A DNA stretch of 24,000 nt. It comes from Candidatus Spongiisociaceae bacterium (lineage in GTDB: Bacteria; Actinomycetota; Acidimicrobiia; Spongiisociales; Spongiisociaceae). The notes under the pieces are model-generated. The model searched no databases, was not told the origin of the DNA, and saw only the letters and a list, made by a program, of their open reading frames with translations. This document shows, in pieces, positions 1 through 8,405 of this stretch. Location: positions 3,381,311-3,405,310 of the forward strand of contig CBDCOH010000002.1 of the NCBI GenBank assembly GCA_965219685.1, written 5' to 3'. Position 1 is the first letter of the stretch. Each line of letters starts with the position of its first letter. The translations under genes and the position numbers were made by a program.

Positions 1-89
1 GGATGGAACTGGGTGATCGCGCGCCCCTCGGGACGGAACAGTTGCTGGAGTCACTCCGAGCCTCGGGCGGCGCCGGAGGATCGGAGTGA
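1..89 (+). CDS. 3' end of an upstream gene that runs off the window (product unknown; probably same operon as the following ATPase)
   Basis: Frame open from the window edge (..ELGDRAPLGTEQLLESLRASGGAGGSE*). Its TGA at 87-89 overlaps the GTG start at 86 (GTGA coupling). Confidence 0.3.
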   Translation, partial: MELGDRAPLGTEQLLESLRASGGAGGSE

Positions 90-892
90 TCCGGCTTCGC
101 GATGTCAGCTACACCTACCCGAAGGGTGTCGAGGCGATACGTGGACTGAGCCTCGACGTGTCCGTCGGCGAGATCCTGTTCGTGCTAGGGCACAACGGCG
201 CCGGAAAGTCGACGATGCTCCGCCTTTTCAACGGTCTACTCAAGCCCACCACCGGTACGGTGACGGTCGACGGCACCGACACGGCGAAGGTGAGACCCGC
301 CCAACTCGCGCGTAGCGTCGGTCTGGTGTTCCAGAATCCCGACGCCCAGTTGTTCCGTGACCGGGTCTCGGACGAGGTGTCGTTCGGAGCCGACCATGGC
401 GCCGGAACGGCGGATTCGACGCAACGCTTCGATCAGGCGATGGCTCTTCTCGGACTCGAGTCGGTGGCGGATCGCAACCCCTACGATCTCTCCCTCTCGT
501 GGCGCAAGCGGGTGGCCATCGCGTCGGTCGTCGCCATGGGCAGCCCGATCTTGGTGCTCGACGAGCCTACGGGCGGCCAGGACGCCGAAGGAACCCGTGT
601 TCTCACCGACCTCGTCATGGACAGGCGCCGTCACGGTCACGGTTGCGTGGTGGTCACCCACGACGTGGACCTGGCCTTCGACTGTGCCGACCGGGTGGTG
701 GTGATGAGAGAAGGCGAGATCCATCTAGAAGGCGACCCGATGACCGTGCTCGGCGATCCGCTCCTGGCGGCGGCCGGTGTCGAACCTTCAACGATGCACC
801 GTGTCTCGCAGGGGCTGGGACTGGATCGACCGGTCCGTACAGTGGACGAACTGGAAGAACACCTCAGATCCGCAGGAGGCACAACTCCATGA
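86..892 (+). CDS. ABC-type ATPase, energy-coupling-factor (EcfA/CbiO-like) family
   Basis: Walker A GHNGAGKST. ABC signature region LSLSWRKRVAIA followed by Walker B ILVLDEPTGGQD. H-loop VVVTHD. GGAGGA precedes the GTG start at 86. Confidence 0.85.
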   Translation: MIRLRDVSYTYPKGVEAIRGLSLDVSVGEILFVLGHNGAGKSTMLRLFNGLLKPTTGTVTVDGTDTAKVRPAQLARSVGLVFQNPDAQLFRDRVSDEVSFGADHGAGTADSTQRFDQAMALLGLESVADRNPYDLSLSWRKRVAIASVVAMGSPILVLDEPTGGQDAEGTRVLTDLVMDRRRHGHGCVVVTHDVDLAFDCADRVVVMREGEIHLEGDPMTVLGDPLLAAAGVEPSTMHRVSQGLGLDRPVRTVDELEEHLRSAGGTTP

Positions 893-1680
893 GCTTCGAT
901 CCGCTGAGCACCGACAAGCCGCAGCACCATATCCGATGCCTCCCGGGCGATGTGGCCGACAAGGTCCTCCTACCCGGTGACCCCAAGAGAGCGGAGCGGA
1001 TAGCAGAGTTGCTCGACGACGCCCGCCACATCGCCACCAATCGCGAGTACGCCACCTACACGGGGACCTATCGAGGCATGCCGGTGTCCGTGACGTCGAC
1101 CGGCATCGGTTGCCCTTCTGCGGCCATCGCCATCGAGGAACTCACCAGCGTGGGCGCCAGAACCCTGATCCGCGTCGGAACCAGCGGTTCGATGACGCCC
1201 GACGTGCAACCCGGTGAGGTGATCGTCGGGACGGGGGCCATACGGGAGGAGGGGACCGGGACGTCGTACCTTCCCATCGAATACCCGGCCGTGGCCGACC
1301 TCGACATGACGATCTGCCTGCGGGCCGCAGCCCTGGAACTCGGGCTGCCGGTGCGGTCGGGCGTTCTCCATTCCAAGGACTCGTTCTACTCGCACCGGAC
1401 TCCGGACCGGGTGCCGGTGGCGCAGGAGATGCTGGGGAAGCGGGCCGCGTGGAGAGCGGGTGGGGCCCTCGCATCGGAGATGGAGACCTCCACGCTGTTT
1501 ATCCTCGGATCCATGCTGCGGTTGAGGACAGGCTCCATATGTATGGTCGCCAGTTCGCATGATGCGGCTACCCGCCTGCCGCCTGCGGAGGCGGCGGCGC
1601 TGGTCGACAAGGTGATATTCGCCGCGCTCGATGCCCTGGTCATGGTCGAGTCACCGGGCAAGGGAGGCAACTCCGGATGA
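889..1680 (+). CDS. Nucleoside phosphorylase, PNP/UDP family 1 (uridine/purine nucleoside phosphorylase-like)
   Basis: GDPKRAERIA...REYATYTGTYRGMPVSVTSTGIGCPSAAIAIEELTSVGARTLIRVGTSGS is the typical family pattern. ATG at 889 overlaps the upstream TGA (ATGA), with AGGAGG upstream. The long 499..1680 ORF is only an in-frame upstream extension. Confidence 0.85.
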   Translation: MSFDPLSTDKPQHHIRCLPGDVADKVLLPGDPKRAERIAELLDDARHIATNREYATYTGTYRGMPVSVTSTGIGCPSAAIAIEELTSVGARTLIRVGTSGSMTPDVQPGEVIVGTGAIREEGTGTSYLPIEYPAVADLDMTICLRAAALELGLPVRSGVLHSKDSFYSHRTPDRVPVAQEMLGKRAAWRAGGALASEMETSTLFILGSMLRLRTGSICMVASSHDAATRLPPAEAAALVDKVIFAALDALVMVESPGKGGNSG

Positions 1681-2681
1681 CCACCCGGATCGACGTCCAC
1701 ACCCACTTCTACCCCACTTCCTACCTGGCCGCCCTGGAACGACGGAGCGACATCCCGCGCGTCTACCGGGACGGCGCTGTCAGACGGTTCGTGATCTTCC
1801 CGGAGGAGGATGCCGACCCGCGCATAGGTCGCCCCATCGAGGACGGGTGGTGCACCGTCGCGGGGAAGGTCGGCTTCATGGACGAAAAGGCCATCTCACG
1901 CTCCGTCATCTCGCTCGGCAACCCCTGGATGGAGCCGTTCGAGGGTCAGCAGGGGATCGAACTGACACGAGTGGTCAACGACGAGTTAGGCGCCCTGGAG
2001 GAGACGACGGATGGGCGGATGGTGGGTCTCGGAGCCCTCCCCGCAACCAGTGTCGAGGATGTCGTGGCGGAGATCGCGGCCATCGACCGGCACCCGAGCC
2101 TGCGCGGAATCGTGACGGGCCCCCGGATCGCGCAACTCCGGCTGGACGATCCGGAGTTGGAACCGGTCTGGGCGGAACTGGAGTCGCGGGACGTCCCCGT
2201 GTTGTTGCACCCCCAGGACGGTATCGCCCTCGACCTCCTGGAAGGCTACGGACACGTCCTGCCCGTCGGGGTGGGTTTCCCGATGGAGACCACCGCAGTG
2301 GTGAGCCGCCTCGTGTTCGGCGGCGTTCTCCACAACCACCCCGATCTCAAGATGATCGTCTCGCACGGTGGGGGGACGCTGTCGGCCCTGGTAGGGCGGC
2401 TCGACGCTGCCTGGCGATCGGACGAGATCGGCCGGTCCCGCCTTCCCGAACCCCCATCCAGGTCGATCGCCCGGCTCTACGTCGACGCCATCACCTACGC
2501 ACCGGGTCCGCTGCACGCATCCATCGCCATGGTCGGTAGCGAACGGGTCATGTTCGGCACCGATCACCCCTTCTCCATCGAGGATGCCGAAGCAACTGCG
2601 GACGCCATGGGTGCGGTCGACGAGATCGCCCGCGAGTCGATCTTCGCAGGCACCGCCTCCGCCCTCTTCCGATTGACCTGA
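1677..2681 (+). CDS. Amidohydrolase-2 family protein (ACMSD-like metal-dependent hydrolase/decarboxylase)
   Basis: N-terminal IDVHTHFYP metal motif and C-terminal MFGTDHPF motif. ATGA overlap with the upstream gene, and GGGAGG upstream. Confidence 0.8.
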   Translation: MTTRIDVHTHFYPTSYLAALERRSDIPRVYRDGAVRRFVIFPEEDADPRIGRPIEDGWCTVAGKVGFMDEKAISRSVISLGNPWMEPFEGQQGIELTRVVNDELGALEETTDGRMVGLGALPATSVEDVVAEIAAIDRHPSLRGIVTGPRIAQLRLDDPELEPVWAELESRDVPVLLHPQDGIALDLLEGYGHVLPVGVGFPMETTAVVSRLVFGGVLHNHPDLKMIVSHGGGTLSALVGRLDAAWRSDEIGRSRLPEPPSRSIARLYVDAITYAPGPLHASIAMVGSERVMFGTDHPFSIEDAEATADAMGAVDEIARESIFAGTASALFRLT

Positions 2682-2746
2682 CGATCGAGAAGCTGCCTGA
2701 CCAATCGGCCAATCGAGCGGCAGCCCCGACAGGGTTGCGTAGCTAG

Positions 2747-2776
2747 TTGGTCAAGTCTGATCTAGTCAGATAAACT
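2747..2776 (+). promoter_or_regulatory. Candidate promoter of the TA operon, giving a leaderless transcript
   Basis: TTGGTC (2747-2752), 18 nt, then TAAACT (2771-2776), which lies 7 nt before the ATG at 2784. There is no SD before that ATG. Inverted arms TCTGA/TCAGA (2756-2760 / 2766-2770) lie in the spacer and could be an operator. Confidence 0.25.
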
Positions 2777-2783
2777 GGCCTGT

Positions 2784-3017
2784 ATGATCGTCAACGTTTA
2801 CGAGGCCAAGACCCATTTCTCCAAGCTCCTCGACCGTGTTCTGAACGGTGAGGAGATCGTGATAGGTCGGGCGGGGAGGCCCGTCGCCCGACTAGTTCCC
2901 TTCGTCGCGAAGCGAACTCCAAGGGTGCCGGGCAGGCTGGCCGGCAAGATCGTCATGGCTGAGGACTTCGACGCGACACCCGGCTGGCTGCTCGACGCTT
3001 TCGAGGGCCGGGAGTGA
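2784..3017 (+). CDS. Type II antitoxin, Phd/YefM family
   Basis: MIVNVYEAKTHFSKLLDRV..GEEIVI.RAGRPVARLVP is the classic Phd/YefM N-terminus. 77 aa. Its stop overlaps the toxin start. Confidence 0.85.
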   Translation: MIVNVYEAKTHFSKLLDRVLNGEEIVIGRAGRPVARLVPFVAKRTPRVPGRLAGKIVMAEDFDATPGWLLDAFEGRE

Positions 3018-3385
3018 ATCTACTGCTGGACACCCACACCGCGTTGTGGTGGTTCAGCAACGAGGGTCTCTTCACAGGAGGGGCGGATGCCATCGCGGAT
3101 CCCAACAACCTCGTTTACGTAAGCGTGGCCAGCATCTGGGAGGTCAGCATCAAGCAGACCATCGGCAAACTCGCCATCAGTGATGAGTTCTACACGTTTG
3201 TCTACGAGGACTTCGAGCCTCTTCATATCACCATCTCAGACGCCCGAGCAGCCGGTGCCCTGCCGCGACACCACCGCGATCCGTTCGACAGGATGCTTGT
3301 CGCGCAGGCTCTTGCGCGCGACCTGACGCTGGTGAGTCGGGATCGGGCGTTGAGCCAGTATGGGGTCAAGTTGATGAGAGCCTGA
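3014..3385 (+). CDS. vapC: Type II toxin, VapC family PIN-domain ribonuclease
   Basis: LLLDTHTALWW (first acidic residue), EVSIKQ, and HHRDPFDRMLVAQA, a PIN motif typical of this VapC subgroup. GTGA overlap with the antitoxin. Confidence 0.85.
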   Translation: MNLLLDTHTALWWFSNEGLFTGGADAIADPNNLVYVSVASIWEVSIKQTIGKLAISDEFYTFVYEDFEPLHITISDARAAGALPRHHRDPFDRMLVAQALARDLTLVSRDRALSQYGVKLMRA

Positions 3386-3516
3386 ACCGGGTTCGATACC
3401 TCCCAGGATGTGTTGTGGGCGCAGCCCGGAAGGCGTAACTCCCTACAAGGCCCCTTACCGTCGACACGTGGCCCGAAAAACTCCTACAATGGCCACCCTC
3501 CGGCAACCGGCAACGG

Positions 3517-4488
3517 CTACGCTCGGCGTCCGGTGTAGGGGATGTCGTCGAGGATCCGGAACAGGACCTTCTTGTCGTCGTCGCCCAGAGCGCTGAAGGG
3601 TGGCCGCACGGACCCGCCCTTCAGGCCCACGTAGTCAAGGGTGCCCTTGATGACCGATGCCCCGAAGTAGTACGGGTACTCCTCGCCGGTCGTGAACTCC
3701 TCCCCCATGAAGAAGTGCATATAGGGCGCCAGCCTGGCGTGCATGCGGTCCGCCTCGCCGTAGGCGCCCTTCTCCAGCAGGTCCCAGTACTCGAGCTCGA
3801 ACTCGGGCCACCAACTGGCCGGACCCGAGATGAAGCTGGCGCTGCCGTGGATGTGACCGACCGACGAGGTGAAGCCCAGGGAGTTGTCGATGAAATTGAA
3901 CCGGTCCTTGAACATCGGGATGGTGCTGATCATCGGTACGTATATGCCCGGTCCCCCGTACTTGAGGGACAGGACGTTGGGGATGTCGGTCACGCGCTGA
4001 AGCAACGTGGCGGTGAGGCTGGTGGCGAGGTGCCCGCGCCACGGCTGGTCGTACAGCATGATGGCCATGTCCGGAACGGATTCCGCCACCATACGTATGA
4101 AGGTGTCGAAACTGTCCTCGTCGAGGCGGTAGTAGAACGGCGGGGTGAGCATCACATGGCCGGCCCCGGCGTCGCGGGCGTTGCGGGTCATCTTGATGGC
4201 TTCGAACACGCTGCAGGAACCCACCCCGGCCACGATCGGGAGCTTCCCGTCGGCGCCCCTGACGGACGCCTCGACTATCTGGCTGTGCTCCTCCTCGTTC
4301 AGATGTACCAGTTCACCCGTTCCCGACGGGGAGATGACGAAGCCGCGTCCGGTGACAAGGCCGCCTTCGACCATCCAGCGGATGTTGTCCTCCAGGGCGC
4401 CTAGATCCGGGCTGAAGTCATCGTTCCAGGGAATCATTGCCAGCGAGGCAGGCCCGCATATCTCCGCTTTCCGTGCGTCCCAGTCCAT
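3517..4488 (-). CDS. Dihydrodipicolinate synthase/N-acetylneuraminate lyase family class I aldolase
   Basis: SPSGTGE motif, YDQP motif, and Schiff-base lysine context VLSLKYGG. ATG at 4488 is preceded by GGAGGG with a 5-nt spacer. The ORF-track start at 4599 is an unsupported extension. Confidence 0.85.
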   Translation of the reverse strand: MDWDARKAEICGPASLAMIPWNDDFSPDLGALEDNIRWMVEGGLVTGRGFVISPSGTGELVHLNEEEHSQIVEASVRGADGKLPIVAGVGSCSVFEAIKMTRNARDAGAGHVMLTPPFYYRLDEDSFDTFIRMVAESVPDMAIMLYDQPWRGHLATSLTATLLQRVTDIPNVLSLKYGGPGIYVPMISTIPMFKDRFNFIDNSLGFTSSVGHIHGSASFISGPASWWPEFELEYWDLLEKGAYGEADRMHARLAPYMHFFMGEEFTTGEEYPYYFGASVIKGTLDYVGLKGGSVRPPFSALGDDDKKVLFRILDDIPYTGRRA

Positions 4489-4678
4489 TTTCGCCCTCCA
4501 CTCGAACCGGCACCGAACCTGCGCCGGTCTGTCTATCGACACCGAAACTATCGTCGTTCGTCGCTCCGTTGTCAACGGCCTGCAAGCCGGCCGCCCCAAC
4601 CCTGCCGTTCATCGCCCTTCCGCCGAACCTGTGCTCGTCATTAGAGTCGAACGCGCGCCGGGAAGGAGGTTCGTAGCC

Positions 4679-5410
4679 GTGACAGCCGGCCTCGGGCGGA
4701 TCGGCTTGATCGTCCCTTGTGATCTGACACTCGATGCGGAGTATCCGCGCTACCTCCCGGAGGGAGCGACCGTTCACGTGACACGTACCGGTTTTCACGC
4801 CGGCGATCTCGATCTCGACTTCATCTTGGGCGTGTCCTCACCGTCCGAGATCGCCTACGCCACCCGCAGCCTCACCAAGATCGCTCCGGGCGTCATCAGC
4901 TTTGCATGCACGTCCGGGAGCTTCGTTCTCGGCCTCGGCGGCGAGTCCGGTATCCGGGCCCTGATGGAGGATGCGGGGGCTGCAGTCGCCCAGACGACCA
5001 GCGGGGCGCTCCTCGATGCACTCGCCGCGCTGGGGGTCGAGCGGATCGGGCTCGGCACGCCCTACACGGAGTCGGTCGGCGCCAGACTCGGGTTTTTCCT
5101 GACCGAAGCCGGGTACCACGTCACGGATGTGGTCAACATGGAACTCCACGACGTGATCGGCCCGGTGGCGGACGACATGGTGACCGACCTGGCGCGCCGC
5201 GCGGCTGGCGGCCGCCCGGACGCCGTCTTCCTCGCCTGCACGGGTGTCCCGACGCTCGACTTGATCATCCCTCTCGAGGCCGACCTGGAGATGCCCGTGC
5301 TTACCGCCAACCAGGTCACGATGTGGGCGGCCCTGGGATCGATCGGCATGCGCTCGCCGCTGGCCTCCCAACGCCTTCTCCGCACCGGGTGGAGGAGCCA
5401 CCGGGCCTGA
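4679..5410 (+). CDS. Asp/Glu/hydantoin racemase superfamily enzyme (maleate cis-trans isomerase / arylmalonate decarboxylase-like)
   Basis: Two cysteine motifs at the expected spacing (ISFACTSGSF and AVFLACTGVPT), plus VLTANQ. GTG at 4679 is preceded by GGAAGGAGG (4661-4669). The upstream part of ORF 4145..5410 is antisense to the DHDPS-like gene. Confidence 0.8.
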   Translation: MTAGLGRIGLIVPCDLTLDAEYPRYLPEGATVHVTRTGFHAGDLDLDFILGVSSPSEIAYATRSLTKIAPGVISFACTSGSFVLGLGGESGIRALMEDAGAAVAQTTSGALLDALAALGVERIGLGTPYTESVGARLGFFLTEAGYHVTDVVNMELHDVIGPVADDMVTDLARRAAGGRPDAVFLACTGVPTLDLIIPLEADLEMPVLTANQVTMWAALGSIGMRSPLASQRLLRTGWRSHRA

Positions 5411-5447
5411 GCGGACCACTCCACCGGTCACCTCACCACGGTCGACC

Positions 5448-6589
5448 TTATCGGACCCGACTGAGGCCGACCGGTGCGGTCGACAGCACCTCGGGAGCAC
5501 CATCGGTGATAGCGAGCACCTGCTCTGCGCAGTAGATCCCGGTGTCGTCCACGACGGCCGGTTCGATAGTGACCACCATGCCCGGCTGCAATACCGTCTC
5601 GTCGAACTCGGCGATGCTGGGGGGTTCGGTCGCGTCGAGGCCGATGCCGTGACCGAGCCGCCCGAACCCGAGCGAGTCAAGCCCGAGAGAGTCCGACCTG
5701 TCCCGCACGGCCGCCGCGACCTCTCCGACCGCCGCACCGGCGCGGGCCACCTCGATCCCGGCGTTCGTGGCCTCAACCACGGCCTCCTGGAGTTCCGTCT
5801 GCCGGGAGTCGGGGCCTCCGACCACCGCTGCCCGGCAGAAGTCGGACCAGTACCCGTCCACCCGCACACCAACGTCGGACCAGACGAGGTCCCCCTCCCG
5901 GATGACACGGTCGCGCGGAGCGCTGACGAACCGGTCGTACGACCCGGACCCTGACGTTATGGCGATCCAACCCAGGGTGTCAGCCCCCGCACCGATGGCA
6001 GCCCTCGCTATCCGTCGCGCCAGTTCACGCTCGGTGACTCCGGTGAGGGTCCCTGCCAGTACCTGCGCAAACGCTGCACTCGTGGCCTGGGCCGCAGCCC
6101 GTAGGCAGGCTATCTCGTAGGGGGACTTGACGGTCCGCAGCACCAGAGCAAGTCCTGGCCGTCGACCAACCGGAGGCGGTCGACCTGGCGGGCGATGGCA
6201 CCGAAGTCGGCGGGAGTTACTCCCGCCCTCGCCTCCCTACCCAACTCCAAGCCGATGGGGCCGGGCGGAAGGGCACCGATCGCATCGACCACATGCGGCA
6301 CCACGCTCTCGGGCGGTACGTCGTAGCGATGGACCACCGAGTCGGGCCATGCCTCCCCGGCCTCATCGGCGACGAAGGCGGGGAGGCAAAGGTGGAGGGG
6401 GCCGTCCTCCGGAACCACCGCGATCGTCGACCTGGTGGCCGATGACCACATCGGGTCGAACCGTAGACCGGTGAAGTAGACGAAGTTGGCCTGTGTCGAG
6501 ACGACCAGCCCAACCAGGCCGGCATCGGCCATCGCAGATCGGGCTCGCACGACGCGGTCGCGGAACTCGTCGGGGGGTGGTTGCGGCAT
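5448..6589 (-). pseudogene. M24 (creatinase/Xaa-Pro peptidase fold) gene split by a frame change near 6138-6150
   Basis: ORF 6110..6589 encodes a creatinase_N-like domain ending ..RLRLVDGQDLLW. ORF 5448..6143 continues in another frame with (V)LRTVKSPYEIACLR and a complete pita-bread domain. The two ORFs overlap by 34 nt. Confidence 0.7.
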
Positions 6590-6726
6590 CAGGCGACAGA
6601 TGGGGGCACGGCGGCGACTCCCCGCTGGCGGCAGGCCACCAAGAGCCTCCGGTTGATGGAATTGCGCAGGCTCCCATCGACAACCGCCATGGCGATGTCT
6701 CGAAGGAGCGCCCTCTCGTGGGTCAT
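6589..6726 (-). CDS. Hypothetical 45-aa protein, translationally coupled to the M24 gene
   Basis: ATG at 6726 is preceded by AAAGGAA. Its TGA overlaps the M24 ATG by 1 nt (TGATG at 6587-6591). No recognisable family. Confidence 0.25.
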   Translation of the reverse strand: MTHERALLRDIAMAVVDGSLRNSINRRLLVACRQRGVAAVPPSVA

Positions 6727-6921
6727 GCGTTCCTTTTGATCCCAAGTCCGTTCATCCGGAGATCGGACGCGCCGGATTATCGCGTGCGACGCGTCGAACG
6801 TCGACCGGCCCGGGGCCGCCCAACCCCCGAATCGTATACTCCTACACGAGCCGGAGGCCGGGCAAGGCGAGGGCCATGAGCGACGGTTTGCCGGAAGCAA
6901 CCGGAAGGGGAGGAGCGGAAG

Positions 6922-7749
6922 ATGAACCCGACATGGCTAGGCGACAGGGCCGTCGCCGCATTCTTCTCCTTCGACCTCGACGGCGAGGCGTGGCTGCTCG
7001 CGGTTGACCGACGGAACGCCGACCTCCCGATCACCATGTCGCAGGCTGCATACGGACCCAAGGTCGGCGTCTACCGCATCCTCGATGTGCTGGCCGAATT
7101 CGAAGTCAGGTCCACCTTCTTCGTACCCTCGTGGGTGGCCGAGCGCCACCCGGCCGCGGTTGAAGCGATCCTCGCCGGGGGTCACGAACTCGGCTTGCAC
7201 GGCCACATGCACGAGCGCCCGGATCTCCTGTCTGAACAAGAGGAGGTCGAGGTAGTGGAGCGGAGCATCCGGATCCTGAGCGAGATGTCGGGCCGGCCAC
7301 CCATTGGCCACCGGGCGCCTGTCGCGGAGATCAGCCCGGCGACGAACCGGATCCTCGCCGAGCGGGGCGTCCAATACACGTCCACCTTCATGGACTCGGT
7401 CGTTCCGTACTTCCATGATCTCGAGAATCTGTCACTTCTCGAATTGCCGATGCACTGGGTAGCCGACGACTGGGGATTCGCGATGGTCTCGCCCAATGCG
7501 TACCCCGCGCCGCACGTCAATCCGGTTATGACCAATGACCACGTCGTGTCGCTGTGGTCCGCCGAACTCGAAGGGATCCGGGAGGTGGGCGGGCTGTTCA
7601 CCCTCGTCAACCATCCACAGGTCACGGGCCGTCCGTACCGGATCGACACGCTGCGCCGCATCATCATGCACGCCCGGGAGATAGACGCATGGATAGCAAA
7701 CGGGGAGGACATCAACGCTCATTGGAGATCCCTGTCAACTCCGGCGTGA
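6922..7749 (+). CDS. Polysaccharide deacetylase family protein (CE4/NodB fold, PuuE-allantoinase-like)
   Basis: FSFDLDGE, RSTFFVPSW and GHELGLHGHMHE motifs. GGAGGAG precedes the ATG. Confidence 0.85.
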   Translation: MNPTWLGDRAVAAFFSFDLDGEAWLLAVDRRNADLPITMSQAAYGPKVGVYRILDVLAEFEVRSTFFVPSWVAERHPAAVEAILAGGHELGLHGHMHERPDLLSEQEEVEVVERSIRILSEMSGRPPIGHRAPVAEISPATNRILAERGVQYTSTFMDSVVPYFHDLENLSLLELPMHWVADDWGFAMVSPNAYPAPHVNPVMTNDHVVSLWSAELEGIREVGGLFTLVNHPQVTGRPYRIDTLRRIIMHAREIDAWIANGEDINAHWRSLSTPA

Positions 7750-8405
7750 GGAGTAGCAGGATCTCGTGATCCTCAGCGTCACCGCGTCGGGCGCCGGTAT
7801 CGGGTTCGGTGACATCAACGATCCGCCCGGGATCGTAGGTGAGGGCCTTGCCGCCGTCCAGGGTCGCCCCGCCGCATAAGAGACCCGGTCACCGTCGGAA
7901 GACCCCCATGGATAGAGCTGCTCTCTAGTCGGCAAACGCCGCTCTCGCAGCCGCCCCGACCTCATCCTCACCGATGCCCTGTAGTATTCTTCAGGCCTAT
8001 AGGGTGGCGAATGTACATGACCTCAAGAGTCTTGCGGCGCGGCCGGGATCCGGCCTACGAAGCCGCGCCTACTCCCCGCGGCGGCCGTCTAAGTTGTAGC
8101 CAAGTCAGCAGCGATCGTGTCGAACCCTCCACGGCAACTCAAGACCCGGTGACGATCGGTCACGGCACGAAGGCAGGCGTCAGCAGCCTCCGGCTCGACT
8201 CTCTCACCGCCGCCAACCTGTCGTCCCCGAACTCACCGGCCTCGGCCGCTTCGAGCGTTCCGGTCCGCGAGGCCTGCGTTCTCGCCGCTCCCCACCCCCG
8301 CAGCCCGAGACCCCAGCGGCCCCTGTGTCACTGGGCTTCTCGCCTTGACGAGAAGGCGCTATCGGTTCATCAGGCTCCTGATTCCAGCCGTGATCGCACT
8401 GTACG

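Noticed and set aside
499-888. Long N-terminal extension of the nucleoside phosphorylase ORF (track ORF 499..1680, 393 aa)
   Set aside because: The extension is Arg/Pro/Gly-rich, lies entirely inside the ABC ATPase gene in another frame, and has no homology pattern. ATG 889 with AGGAGG and ATGA coupling is the real start.
1631-2539. 302-aa ORF overlapping the amidohydrolase gene in another frame
   Set aside because: It is Arg/Pro/Gly-rich with no motifs. The amidohydrolase frame carries the family metal-binding motifs.
4145-4678. Upstream part of ORF 4145..5410
   Set aside because: It is antisense to the well-supported DHDPS-family gene and has low-complexity composition. A strong SD plus GTG at 4679 matches the start of the racemase-family homology.
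4838-5908. 356-aa minus-strand ORF spanning the racemase-like gene and the M24 3' end
   Set aside because: It is Arg/Pro/Ser/Gly-rich with no motifs, and it overlaps two genes that have good homology signatures.
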